From: Octopus sinensis
Taxonomy: Eukaryota
NCBI RefSeq assembly: GCF_006345805.1
Contig: NC_043015.1
Coordinates: forward strand, 26,970,001 to 27,034,000
Direction of reading: 5' to 3'
DNA length: 64,000 bases
Below the pieces are notes generated by a model. It did no database searches and had not been told where the DNA came from. It saw only the letters and a program-made list of their open reading frames with translations. Of this stretch, positions 49,787-63,460 are shown piece by piece. The translations under genes and the position numbers were made by a program. Numbering within the stretch: position 1 is the first letter of the stretch; each line of letters starts with the position of its first letter.

Positions 49787-49790
<4 letters not shown>
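49586..49790 (+). mobile_element. RLE LINE family C, 3' end
   Basis: ILRKILSM* followed by 3'UTR; (AAT)n on both sides. Confidence 0.8.
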
Positions 49791-49868
<78 letters not shown>

Positions 49869-50139
49869 GTAGTGCCCCAGCAATGGCGGTGCCCCAGCAA
49901 ATGGTGGTGCCCCAGCATGGTCACAGCTCATGAGCTGAAACTAGATAAAATAAAAATAAATAAAATAAAATAATAATAATAATAATAAATAATAATAATA
50001 AAATAATAATAATAACAACAACAACAATATCAACAACAACAATAACAACATTAACAACAACATTAACAACAACATTAACAACAACATTAACAACAATATT
50101 AATAATAATATTAATAATAATAATAAAAAGAAGAAGAAA

Positions 50140-51155
50140 ATTGGCAACTGGAAGGCCCCGGAGTTCAAGGCTACTGGATCAAAAGATTTGGTGAATGTCA
50201 TGCATGAGTAGCTGCACAGCTCAACACCTTCTTAGATGACGGATAACAATGGGTAGGACAGCACTGTGCCTGAAAAACATCGAAAAATGCAATACAGTAG
50301 ACAATTACAGGCCGATATCCTGCTTGCCACCTATGCTGAAATTATTGACTGGAATAGTCGCAGAGTCAATATACAGACATCTGTGAAAAAACTGCGTCCT
50401 GCCACATGAGCTGAAGGGTTGTAAGCATAAGTGCAGAGGTACCAAGGATCAACTCCTGGTAAACAAAACTGTAGTTAGAGACTGCAAAAGGAGGAAAACT
50501 AAATTAGCCATGTCATGCATCGATTACTGAAAGGCGTACGATATGATTCCACATTCTTGGATTATGGAATGTATGAACATATTTTTGTATTGCATCGAAT
50601 ATTGAGCGATTGATAGGAAAGAGTATGGTGAAGTGGAGGACAGAACTGACAGTAAATGGAAGAGATTTAGGGACTATAGATATCAGAAGAGGCATCTTCA
50701 AAGGGGACTGCCTGTCCCCACTGATCTTTGTAATGTGCATGATACCACTCACACTGATTCTGAGAAAAGCAAAGGCTGATTATGTTTTCAAGGTGCATCA
50801 CATATGCTATATTGTTGATGTTTTATGCTCCTTTGATCCAGGAGTAGTCAAAAGTGAAAAGATAGATAAATACGAAATAGCCCGGCTATGGAAAATGAAG
50901 GTGAAGATAGCGCCAATTATTGTTGGGTCCTTGGGGACAGTACCAGAAGGCGTCAAGAAGAATATAATGGAACTTGGAATAGAGTGTCCAATAGAACTGT
51001 TACAAAAGATTTACCTCCTTGGTACGGCCAGAATAATCAGTATTAGACAGCTGAAAAGAACGAATAGCATCGTACCATAGGCTGCAGGTAGTAAGCCCGC
51101 TACGCCATGATAGACTCCAGGATTTCCGACAAAACCTGTGATAAAGAGAAAAGTA
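50140..51155 (+). mobile_element. RLE-type LINE, degenerate with large internal deletion
   Basis: NWKAP, YRPISCL, RRGIFKGDCLSP joined to KY..ARLWKMKV..PIIVGSLG; (AAT/AAC)n flanks. Confidence 0.8.
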
Positions 51156-52228
51156 ACAATAATAATAATAACAACAATACCAACAATAACAACAGCACCA
51201 ACATTTTCATATATGACAACGAGTACACATTTATACATCCCAAAGAAACATGGTACAAATGTATATAAAATAAAACATTGGTTGTGAACTTAGAGACAAA
51301 ATTATATATGAAAGAAAAAGGAGTGAAGGTGTAAAGAATTTATTGATTTTGATTACAAAGCAAAAGGATAAAATGAAACGTAATTAAAGTTATTGCATCC
51401 ATCCAAGCCGGCGAGGAGAAACTACCTGCGTTGGGTCAGAGATGATATCACTCGAACCACCATTCTCTCTTTCCAATAAAACGTTTCAGTCTTGTATGAT
51501 GAGATGTGCAGCATTCCACATCTTCTGGATAAGTGTTTTCAAGTGATAACAGGGGTTTGGCATGATTCACACGACTTAAGTGTTTTTGTAACTGTTTTGC
51601 CTGGTGTACACTTCTTCAATAAACACACCGGTTAGATTTATATCACTTTCTAAACATTGTTTCTCGTGTAATCTTCAAAGCTAAGCAACGTCAAATTTAG
51701 TTAATTCTTAGACATGTAAAAGCTTGGAAAATCTCGGTGCCATAAGCATCGGTAATTTTTTTTCAATGAAGGCAAGTGGGATTGATACTGAGACGAAGTA
51801 GTCTTTTATCATCCTACGTCGTTCCAACCTACTCGGCTGAAATATGTACTAAACAAAAATGGTACGGTTTTCTACCTGTCCACTTGTCACATCCTGAATG
51901 TTTCGCTTGGATCAAGTGTAGAAGCGAGCATGTGTGCGAAACTATTCACGACTACTTAAGCACCTAAACTAATCTGTGATCGTACGGGTCATTCTAACCA
52001 GGCACACTCAGCCTAAACTGACGCCTGGGATCCTAAGATCCTAAGTCACTCACCAGCTACATTGTCTAACTGCCTGTATTTAATCATTTCTATAAGAAAA
52101 TATTTTGTTTTTCGAACGATCGTCAATTTTATGTCGGGGGGGAGATTCTTTCTCACACGCTGTACCTGCCTTCTCTTGGGATACAATTTCTTAAAAATGA
52201 GTTTCTTTTCTTTAATTTGCAGTTTCAA

Positions 52229-52490
52229 GGTGCGTGGTCGAGTGGCTTGCGGTTAGCTTCACGACTGTAAGATCTTAGCTTCGATTCTCACAGCTGGTGA
52301 TGCTTTGTTTCTTCTTCAAAATACTTCATTTTGCATTTCTCCAATTCACTCAATTCTAAATGAGTTCCTGTATTGGTTAGAAAGTTCACTTTGTGACTGA
52401 CCGGCGTCCCTTTAGGGGAAGCATCGTAATCTCAGTCGTCGATATTTCATGGAAACCTGATTAATCTCTGATCCTGGGAGTCCTAAGATC
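52229..52490 (+). mobile_element. Old tRNA-derived SINE (S4)
   Basis: GGTGCGTGGTCGAGTGG A box and GCTTCGATTCTC B-box-like motif. Confidence 0.55.
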
Positions 52491-53140
52491 ATAGCAGTCA
52501 TTGCTTCTCTCCGTATTTTGATACCTCCCTTATTTGCCCATCTCCATCTAATTCTCGGAAGACGCAACATGACGAGATTTCTGGTTATGAAATTAAAAGA
52601 TGGATTCCCCCAATTTGGCTTTCAGTGGTCTGTGCGAGAAGACAACTTTGCCGCTTTCCGCAGTTTCAAACTGTGTTGCTTTTAAGAAAACTTATTCTGT
52701 AAACTGTGGTAAAAATTGTTGAGTCTTTTTTGTTTTCCGCCTTTTCCAAGTTCTACCAGAAGATAAGTTCTACGGATATTGAAAGTTAGCGATGCAAAGC
52801 AACACATCCTCCTGCTTTTCTCTGAGTAAGAAATTCGCTCTTTCATAATTGTTTCATTACTTCGTTTGTCATATGTGGGTGTTGTTGTTGTTGTTTCTGT
52901 TGTGGTTGTTGCTGCTGTTAATATTCTCATTGAAATTTTTGATATCGGTGCTTTACACCATTTAAAAAAAAATCATTATCTTTTATTGTTCAATAAAAAT
53001 GTATATAGGAAAACTGAAATGAAAGTTGTCTCACTTTTTTTCGATTCTGAATATTTACATTTTTAAGGAATTTTCTCTAACGAGAAGATATCTTCAGTTG
53101 AAGGTATACAGAGCCACAATAGTGTATGCATATATATATA

Positions 53141-53650
53141 TCTATATATATAAAACTGTAGTTGTGTGAGTGTCTGTCCCCTTCGATTTAGATTCCTTAC
53201 TCCCACATTTTGCGGTGCAGTTTAACCAAATTCGGATATCTTATAGTCGTGATTCATATCGAGCCCGTCTGAATATTAGCGCGCGTCTACGATGAGTCTA
53301 CGATTTTAAAAATAATTTAACATCATTTTTTATTCCATTTTAATGCATAATTTTTCGTGTGTCGATGGCGGCGGAGTTGGCGTCCATGGTCACACCTGCA
53401 CCTGTTTGCTTCTCCACCTTCTTCCCTCCCTCGTAAAGCTGTGGGGAAGGGAGTCTAAGGAAATCAACGCCGTAAAGCGTTGTCAAGGAGACCAGCGTTC
53501 TTTTAGAACAACGACTTCATGGCTTGAAGACACCAAAACAGAAATGGCTAAGAAAGCCCGAATTGGCATCTATAAGGGAAGTAACTCTCTAAAAATGCTT
53601 ATATAGTTATTTCCCTTACAAACCCGAGCAACGCCGGGCGATACTGCTAG
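53141..53650 (+). mobile_element. Non-autonomous Helitron (510 bp)
   Basis: A|TCTATATATATAAAA start, subterminal CCCGAGCAACGCCGGG hairpin, CTAG|T end, no TSD. Confidence 0.9.
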
Positions 53651-53652
53651 TG

Positions 53653-53696
<44 letters not shown>

Positions 53697-53754
53697 AAGG
53701 GAGAGAGAGAGAGAAAGAAAGAGAGATAGCATATATATAAATACACACACACGC

Positions 53755-53820
<66 letters not shown>

Positions 53821-54804
53821 TATACATATATACATATATGTATGTATAATTATCACACAGCGGATTTACCAGGATTTTCAAAATGAAAAGATAGCTTTAT
53901 AAGCCAAGTACGACACCATGACACCTACGTAAAAACATTATATCACAAATGTCTACAATCCAATATTACAATATTGTATTATAGGAATTTGTAATCGAAA
54001 TATTTTTCAAATCGATGTCACAATTGTAATGGCTGTCGTTGGTGTTTCATTCACTTGTAAAAGCTTCAACTTTTAGCTTAATAATAACTGTGTCTATATG
54101 AGTATGTAATGGTGAGGCAATGTTTCCGCTAGTGTATATTTGCGTATTTGTGTGTGTATATATGAGACAATAGGCTATGAATATGTTTGAGAAGTTTCCA
54201 GATGTCGTGTGTGTGTATTCAAAAGTTAATGTATTAATTCGAAATATTAAGTATCGGCATGAAATTTTAAAATATAACCAATTGCTACTGACGTTAAACG
54301 CTCATTCAGAATATCTTTTGTGATTATGGCGTGTTTGTGTGCACGCGGATGTATGTAAGTAAGGATATGATCATACATATGTAAAAAACAAACACATGTT
54401 CATGCATACATACATTAATGCATGCATACACATACATACATACGTACGTACATATGCTTACACATAGATATTCATAATTATAATCTATTGCGTCATATTG
54501 AAGACACATCAGGCGATGACTCAGTTTTGATATATTTTTAGTATTACCTCGAACGACACTTCAAGCACAAACTACGATTATGTGCGTTGATACAGTGTGT
54601 GTATGTGTGTGTGTGCGTATGTGTGTGTATATGTATATACAATATAACAATTTATTTGCCTACATATAGATGGATAATTGATAGATTGACTGAGAGATAG
54701 TTTACAATATAAGCATGCATATGTATATTTATATATGCATGTATGTATGTGCATATATATGTGTGTGTTTGTGTGTGTGTGTGTGTGTGTAACGTATGTG
54801 TATG

Positions 54805-54840
<36 letters not shown>

Positions 54841-54970
54841 ATATTTATATATATATATATAAGGTAGAGAGAGTGGGGGAGAAAGAGGGGTAGAAATAAT
54901 GAAAGAGACAACATCTAAAAAAGACATTGAAAAGGAGATGAAATATTTTAATATTTACAATGTTTTATAA

Positions 54971-55258
54971 ATTAACATTTCGAATGTTGTGTAGGTGATG
55001 AGTTTACAGCTCTATTAAGTTGCATTAAATTTACAAGCTGTTATTCTCCTCCAAACTAAATAAACGATTAATACAAACACTTAAGTGAAGTTTGAAGAGA
55101 AATTAATGATATCGTGTTAGAAAGAATAAAATAAACACCGACCAAATGCTGCTAATAATAACATTCAGCTTGAATTACATATGGCGTTCGGTGGGTTACA
55201 TTTACTAGTCATCAACTTGTTTCATATGTTTCCAAACGACTTCATTAATGCATTATGC
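54971..55258 (+). repeat. Unclassified ~285-bp direct repeat, copy 2
   Basis: See 49174-49458. Confidence 0.9.
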
Positions 55259-55703
55259 GTATATATATATATATATACATACATACAGAGAGAGACAGAG
55301 AGGGTATATGAGGTGTTTTCGTAAGGATGACTCAAACAAATAGGTATGAGTTCTGAGTGCTCAAATAGGTGTGCTGCCAAACAGCTGTTTAAGTTTTGGT
55401 CGCGTGATTGTCTTGTTCAAAAACAGCTAGACGTAGCATTCCTTTGAGTCAGTAGGTATAAGATGAGGTGGTGAGGAAAAACAAACAATTAATCAATGCA
55501 TGACAAAGACATTTAATTTCATGTAATTCAATCTAAAATTCAGCTTATTCTCCAAAAGTCAATCGCATAGGAATGGCCATTGAAAAGGTATTTACACTGG
55601 CTGTGCACCAGCATGGCCACAGACTTTGGGTTGCAACACATAAGACATAACAGAAATAAAAGTCATATATATAGGTATAGAGCGTTTGAAGTGGTGTAAA
55701 GAC

Positions 55704-55760
<57 letters not shown>

Positions 55761-56084
55761 TGTGTGTGTGTGTGTATGTATAGAATTAAAAGATTGAACC
55801 TCCATAAAGTAATTCAATTAATACTGAAAGATATTATCTATACTATACTATAAATTTAAATACATTATTATTAAAATTGTATTAAAAATTTCTATACTAA
55901 ATAATATCCATTAAAAAAATTCACAATAAAACGACTTTATTATTAATATTTTGCTAAACATTTCTATACTTAATAATACACATTAAAAAAATAATGCACA
56001 TTAAAAAAATCCACATTAAAATGACAACGCACGTTTCGTGGCTATGTATACAAATCTACAATATCAAAATCCATACTCTCAAAA

Positions 56085-56560
56085 GTTAATATTCATTGAT
56101 CCAACGATAGTCGGTGAGCTATTTTCCTCGAGCAATGGCCCCTTCTTGTATCGTATGAAGCAGGCTATTTTGCAAATCGGTAGAAGGCTTTAGGGTTTGT
56201 CTTTATATTTTTGACAGTTCTGGTTTCTTTCATTGCCCTCTCCTTTTCATGGGAGTGCTTGAGTTCCTTTCCGATCTCGGGTAATGTTTGTTTGAGACAG
56301 GATCGTTAGTTATCTTTTTGCAACCCAATTAGACGATTTGAGATTTTTTGCACGGCGTTGCATTAGAATCCTCCTATCCTTGGCAATTTCTTTGGCATTC
56401 TCTCTTTCGCAAACTTACTGCATATGTCATGCATGATCGTTATAAAGTGCTGTATCTTTAAGCCAATAGAGAGACTAGTAGACTAGTTTTGTTCCAAGAT
56501 CTCTTTCTCAATGCTTTTCCACTGAGCTTTACTTTATATCCTGCCATAGGTTGGTATATA
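56085..56560 (-). mobile_element. CR1/L2-type LINE internal fragment
   Basis: Minus-strand NIKTNPKAFYRFAK...GPLLE motif (EN-RT linker). Confidence 0.65.
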
Positions 56561-57139
56561 TAAAATTAGGTAGCGGAGGTTAAATCAATGTTCACACGAC
56601 GTACTTGGCGACACTACCAAAACGCTCTCTCTCTCTCTCTCTCTCTCTCACTACTACCGACCACTACTCTATATAAGAGTTCGGCTCGTCCATTCTTCCA
56701 ATCCTCCAGCGGTGTCGATGACTCGCACCACAACATTTTATGAAAGTTCAGACTGGAGAGGGATTGGACACTTCTAGTAGCATACACGTTTGCAGTTTTC
56801 TGTTGGGTGGAGCACTATTTTTTGCATATTTGTACCTGTTTGTGAGATCAGGCAGAGACGCTGCTTGCTTCTGTTCATACAGTGATACACCTGAGAGAAG
56901 GCGGCCCTCATGCCATATGACATTAAAGAGGTTGAGGTCTCCACTTACTCCAATATATCAGATTCTAGAGTCATTTAGTCAGACTTTCAGTTAAGGTATT
57001 TGAGTTTCGAAATGCTAACTCAACGGACACTTATCCACCGATCTGTATAAGGACATACATATATGTGTGTGTGCGTTTGAATGTGTGTAGATGTAAATAT
57101 GTACTGTATAGATAGATAGATAGATCGATAGATAGATAG

Positions 57140-57192
<53 letters not shown>

Positions 57193-57325
57193 TTTACTTC
57201 ACAGAACAGTTTACCTCATTTTATCGCACGTTATCCTATGTTATTGTACATAGCCATTTCTGGCATTCCACGCGTAGTTGCGCCTAATTCTTATAACTAA
57301 TATACATGCATATATACATATATAT

Positions 57326-57421
<96 letters not shown>

Positions 57422-57489
57422 GGGGAGTATAAAAAGGTATCAGAGTATGAGCAGACCATCAGATGTTGTTATCGCCGATGACAATGCAT

Positions 57490-57712
57490 TACGCATTGCC
57501 TTAGCTTCTGAATGACGCCGATTCGCTGGCGAGGCGAGCAGGCCAGTATTCCTCTGATCAGAAGGCTGATCTGTCACGATGTTGCCTGTTAACAGCTGAG
57601 TGAACAGGACCAACACGAAGTGTTTTGCGCAAGAACAACACACCACCTGGTCAGGGAATCGAGCCCAAGGCCTGGCGATCGTGACTACAATACGCTAACC
57701 ACGATCACTCTT
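57490..57712 (-). mobile_element. Old tRNA-derived SINE (S5)
   Basis: Reverse complement has TCGTGGTTAGCG (A box) and GGCTCGATTCCC (B box). Confidence 0.6.
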
Positions 57713-58299
57713 GTATTTATGAGTGTGTGTATGCGCGCGCGCGTGTGTGTATGTAGTATATGTATACAGATATGTATTTATGCATGCATTTATATATGTT
57801 AATATCACTTGGTTCGTTAATGAATTTATTGAAAAGCAACAAAACCATTTCCTAGCGGTGAGTCTCGCTACACTAAACAGAACGAAATTTACTGATATCA
57901 GTCGTTTGACTTGGGACGTGGGTTTTACATCTCACTCCACAACAAAACGGCTTATTCAACCAATTAAATAAACCGTTAAGAGCATGATATGAATTATATA
58001 ACATTATATCATATTATATGATATTATATTAATATTAATAATATGGTAACCTTTCTGGCGTTTCAGCTGGAAACGTCATCAGTTTTCGCGGCTTAATTAA
58101 GTTTCCATGCCAAGGATGATATTCCGCATCTCATAAGATTCTTAATATAAATTTGATCATTGAAACAATGGCTCATTGCCAAAAGTGGTGGAACTGCTCT
58201 AACTCTAAGAGAATAATCCTTCAAGAATCTTCTCTTTAGATTTTCCTTATACTTCAATTGGAGGAATTTGAGACGGAGATATATTTGTTTCGAATTATG

Positions 58300-58500
58300 G
58301 CACTAGGTCAGCAAGTTCCGGGGGAGGAATAAGTTTCTAACATCGACCTCAGTACTCAGCTGGTATGTATTTTATCGACCCCGAAAAAATGAAAAGCAAA
58401 GTCGACCTCGGCGGAATTTGAACTTAAAACGTAGCGACGTATGATATACCGCTAAACATTTCATCCAACGTACTAACGATTCTGCCAGCTCACCGACTTA
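58300..58500 (-). mobile_element. SINE S1
   Basis: Matches the S1 head and core. Confidence 0.85.
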
Positions 58501-59099
58501 CCATTGTTTACTATTGAGCTCAATCTGATCGTTTAGTGTTTCAGGAATTTTTCCAAATGAATCCTAATATAGAGAAGATGAGGTATTTAGGTCTTGTGGA
58601 GGGAGGGTTGTTTGTTTTAATGTTTTGAATGACCGGACCAAACACGTCAAAATACACATTCTTCATATTCTGTATTTTGCAAGAAAATTCATTTGGGTTT
58701 CTGATATTTTCAGCAACAATTTATCTTCGCAGAGAAAAAAATCCCTTATTTTTACTGAAAGAAGTTCGCTTACTTAATAAGGATTTCAGTTTGCTTTTTT
58801 TATTTTTTTCGCATCTAATGTAACATACTTGACTCGCTGAATAATATTACGAAAGTGAATTGCTGCTAGAATTTTCCGTCAAAATAAAACCCACAAATGA
58901 ATGTGGATAACATTTTTGAAAGCTGCTTAAAGTTTTAATTGTTCCCCGGATTTCGAGTCAGGGAGAAAAAAAGGGACGTAATTGTTTTTTACGGGTCTGC
59001 AATGTGAGCTGCGAAGTGATTAACACTTTCAACTCTGGTTAATCATCGAGTATCGACGCAATAAAGCTCCAACGTATTCTTGCTGTCTTGGAGAACTAC

Positions 59100-59440
59100 T
59101 TTTGAATATATTATTGAGATCTAAAGAAAGACTTAAATTCTTTGCAACATTCAGTTACATTAATTCCACATAAGATGACACTATGGCAAGAGAAAAACAT
59201 AAAAGAAAACAAAAGAATTGGATTCACATAAAATTGGTTGGCATTCATGAGAGCCAACAAGCATGTCATGTTTCTTATCATAACCTTCATCACAAGCTCA
59301 AAATAATTTTTATGATTTAAGACTTTCATTTTTCCACTCAAATATTTCGTTTTACCACTGGATGAAACCTCTACAATTGCTACCTTAACTTTGCTGGTTA
59401 TCGATCTACGGCCCTTGAAACCCTTATGGTTTATCTCTGC
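59100..59440 (-). mobile_element. Possible Tigger/pogo transposase N-terminal remnant
   Basis: KGRRSITSKVKVAIVEVSSSGK resembles the psq-type HTH start; weak support. Confidence 0.35.
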
Positions 59441-59727
59441 TACCAACACGGAGAAGCCCCAACATGATTTTTTAAATGCTGGTTGTGGAACCACCAGTCC
59501 ATGCACCTAGGCAACTAGTCTAGACAGTTCGATAGTCTAAAAATTTTGCCAACCTACCAGAATCGAGTGGTATTTTATTTATTGGAAGATTAAAAGGCAA
59601 GGTGACCTTGGCAGAAGTTGAATCCAGAGTGTAGAGAGCCGAGAGCAATGCTGCAAAGTATTCTATTTGATGCTGTGGCAACTGTGCAGATTCACCGCTA
59701 TGTCTTTTCAGCTATCAGTTATTAATC

Positions 59728-61813
59728 TGGCGACATCATGGCCTTTCTTTTGAATACGGTCAATAAAGAATTGTTTTTCGAAATATGCGATGAGAAGAAG
59801 AGAATGAAATACGCTGAGCTGGGGGTGCTATGCTGAAAAAAACTTGGTGGAAAATAAGATAGGGCCCCATTGAGAGGAGATACAGAGGCTTTGCAGACCA
59901 GTCCCTTTGCAAAGCTGACAAGCGGCCAGTTGGTAATGGTTACAGAAGCAATAGAGGTTGTTTCAAGGTGTCGGTCAATCAGGTTCTGTGAATGCGGGAA
60001 GGGGTAAAATTATTTGGGTTAGGACTAACTGGACACAGATCCTTCAAGATCGACTGCAATGAAAAATATGCCTCCCCCGAAAATATTACAACGTTACAAG
60101 CGTTCTTGGGGCTCGCAAACTACTACCAAACATATATACATGAGCTAAGAACACCCCTAAACAACTTATTGAAAAAACACGTTATTGGTTGGACAGGTGC
60201 CAAAAAGCGTTGGAAGAAATTTAAAACGTTTTAACATCGGAACTGTGATTATCGCACTTTGACCCAAATTTTAAAATAATAGTAGCATTAGATGCTAGCG
60301 AAAGTGGTATAGGAGCGGTAATTTTACACAAGTATGAAAATAGTAGCCTAAACCCCATCGCTCAGTCTTCACGTTCATTGTTGGCGGCTGAAAAAAACTA
60401 CAGTCAAATTGAGGCGTCATTAGCCATTATTTTCTCGGTGAAAAATTTCACAAATTCATACACGGAGAGAAATTCAGTATGCAGACAGATCACCGCCCAT
60501 TGTTGTCAATTTACTATTAGATAATACCCTTCATTTAACGGTCCAGCGAAGTTTATGTGTAATCTGGACCAAGGTATGTCAGTTTTGGACCAAGGCTGGA
60601 TTCTTTTATAGGAGGTGCTTTTGCTGCCAGGGCAAACCTCTGAAGGCTTTCACCAATTTTTCAATATCCTGATCCATATTCGGCCAGTAAACATAGCTTC
60701 TCATCAATGCTTTCAGTCTCGCGATTCCTGGATGTTCCATGTGGAATTCTTTTAACGTACAATTTTGCAAAGAAACAGGTATTATAACCCTCTGAGCATA
60801 CATAAGTATGTTATCACATGTCGAATACCATTTCAAAGCTGTGTTACGCTCAGCTACATGAGTTTTCGTATCTGTTTCTGACTTCACTATTTTTTCATTT
60901 TTATTATGAACACATACTTCTCTGCTTTAATTTATATTTCCTCTAAAGTGACAGGTAGTTCATGTACTACATTGCAGAGTATATTTTTTTATTTCGATTT
61001 CAGCTTTTAATGCCGATGTTACTGTGACCTCTAATGATTCATTGTATTTAAGCATCAATCTTGACAGCCCATCCGCATATCCCAGTTTTTTCGATGGTAG
61101 AAATTCCATCTTAAAGTCATAATTTAGCAGGATCGTCCCCCAGCGCTGCAATCGACAAATTACTACCGGGAAGAAAAGAAAAAAATGGAGAGAAACGCAA
61201 AAAATAAGATAAAATACTTCAAAATCAATGACAAGGTGTTTTTTAAAATATACAGAAATGGAAAGGAAAGTTAGGAAGAAGGTATAAGTAAAAGTTTAGG
61301 AAAAGTAATATACATGGTAAAAGGTCATATGTGGGAAGACAAAAGACATTTAAACCAACTGACAAAAGGTTTACGGAAGAAAGAATAAGACATGAAGAAC
61401 CAATGGAATTTCTTTATGACATTTTTGACTGGAACCTCAAGGAATAGTCGAACCAATGAGTGCATCGACTACGAAAAGAATATAAACAGAACTTTTGCGA
61501 TATTTTAATTTCTTCCTGGGGAATTAAGTAAAAAAAATGGGGAGAGGTGGTAATAAATATGTAATAAATAAAAGAAAAATATTGACTTCTAAAGAAAGTC
61601 AAGCTCAAAAAGGGGAGATGTTGTGGTGAAATCCTGACACATGGTGGTATAGCAAGTTTACTGCCCTTATAGAGGCGCATGCATTACTGACAGTGTGAGA
61701 TACATTGTGGTGTATGCATTTGCATTTGTGGAGGAGAGTCGTAGAAGTCATTAAGAAGAGATATAATTTTGATACGTGTTTGTTACTAATTTAGTTTTTG
61801 TAGTGTTATAACA
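59728..61813 (+). mobile_element. Gypsy LTR retrotransposon, deleted and internally inverted
   Basis: PBS-like TGGCGAC at 59728; LQAFLGLANYY, DASESGIG, AEKNYSQIE and TDHRPL (+); QRWGTILLNYDF, HPGIARLKALMRSYVYWP and PWSRLHINFAGP (-); PPT AAAAAGGGGAGA followed by TG. Confidence 0.9.
61619..61813 (+). repeat. Gypsy 3' LTR (putative)
   Basis: Begins TGTTG immediately after the PPT; nearest TAACA end is at 61813; no 5' LTR partner seen. Confidence 0.55.
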
Positions 61814-62094
61814 CTGTTACGCTATAGTCTATATCCAAACTCAAAGATATAAGATTGCCCATCTTTTATACCAAGACAAAAGATATAAAATAACACTTTC
61901 AATCAGTTAGGATCAGAGCCACTGCCTGATACTCCATCAGGGCATTTATTACTACTACTACTACTACTACTACAAATCAGTTATTAATTATAATGATAAA
62001 TTATTGTCATAGTCAGCTCCTAACAATAACACGCAACTTAATGATTTCATTCTCACGCGCCTTATACTTGTATCAGTCTAATCACTCTACATAC

Positions 62095-62420
62095 GCAGGC
62101 GCACCATGGCCGAATGATTAAGGTGATTACATCGCAACCAGAAAGTTCCGCGTTCGATGAGGCATCTTAAGAAAATATCATTTTCTATGTACTTCAATCG
62201 ACCAATACTTTGTGACAGAGAAAACTGTAGAGAAGCCCGCCGGATTAATCTTCTAATTGAAAAATTACAACTTGTGATACTGATTCTGGCAGAGGATAAA
62301 GTTAAGGGTGCTTGCGTCTGTGGAATACTCAACCACTTACACGTTAATTCACGAGCAGATAATTCAGTTAATCAACAAATTAATCTTCATCGTCGAACGA
62401 CTGAGATCCACCACCATATT
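62095..62420 (+). mobile_element. SINE S3-related copy
   Basis: tRNA-like head; tail shared with 11300-11418. Confidence 0.6.
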
Positions 62421-63227
62421 ATTTCAAAGGTCACTAAATAAAGAAAGCTGTTTTGAACATTGTGCGTATCGGCAAACTATCCGAGCGCGCACGTGCGTGT
62501 ATGTGTACATTATGTATGCATATGCATGAATGTATGTATGCATGCATGTATGTATAGATGTATTCATAGGCACTGGCATGGCCATGTACTTGAGGAGTTC
62601 GCTTCTCAATTCCATGGCTTCCCGGTTCAGTCCCATAGCACGGCAAAATGCGAAACTGAATCTTGACCCACCAATGATTATGAATGAATTTGGCTGACAG
62701 AAATTGTGAGTAATTCCGTCGTTGCCATAGTAACGAAGCTAAAGCATGCAGAGTGAAGCCGCTTGGCAAAGATTGACCTTGAACTCTGCTATCAAAAGCC
62801 ATGGGAGACACTATCTGGTACTGCATCAGGGCCTTGGAAAGGAAAATAAGGGTAGAAGTGAACGTTTTGTCTTCTAGCCAATTTGCTGAAAGATGGATGA
62901 AAGTGGCGAAAATGGAGAGAGCGAACGGGCCTGTCCTGAGCATGTGCCTGTGGGTGGACAAAAAGGAAAGGAAAAAAGGCATCTGCTCCGAAAGTCAGGG
63001 TATACATGGATTTTTTTCTGCAGGTTTTCCATGAGCAGTCTTCGAATGTCTTCTCCCTATTGAGGCTCACATATTGCTGAATTCTAAAATTTTGTTGGTC
63101 TTGTTTACACGAAAAACACACGCAACAACACACACTCACACACATACACAACACACACATTCTTTGCTTTTTCCATGCCATCCATGTTTTTCTTAATGTA
63201 AACCCTTGTGGTTAATAAAGAAATCAT

Positions 63228-63423
63228 TAGCAGCAGCAGCACCAGCAGCAGCACCAGCAGCAGCAGCAGCAGTAGTAGTGGTAGTAGTAGTAGTAGTAGT
63301 AGTAGCAGCAGCGGCAGCAGCGGCAGCAGCGGCGGCAGCGGCAGCAGCGGCAGCAGCGGCAGCAGCGGCAGCAGCGGCAGCAGCGGCAGCAGCGGCAGCA
63401 GCGGCAGCAGCGGCAGCAGCACA

Positions 63424-63458
<35 letters not shown>

Positions 63459-63460
63459 TA
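63228..63460. repeat. (CAG)n/(TAG)n/(CAGCAGCGG)n compound repeat
   Basis: Read directly from the sequence. Confidence 0.95.

Noticed and set aside
51400-51900. KSCESCQ on the minus strand, suggestive of an integrase Zn finger
   Set aside because: No upstream HH pair or downstream catalytic core is recognisable.
55300-55550. TATGAGGTG start resembling a mariner TIR
   Set aside because: No matching opposite TIR or transposase remnant was found.
58051-58090. Minus-strand CTGATGA-CGTTTCCAGCT-GAAACGCC
   Set aside because: Better explained as a small CGTTTC/GAAACG palindrome; it lacks stem I and a GUH site.
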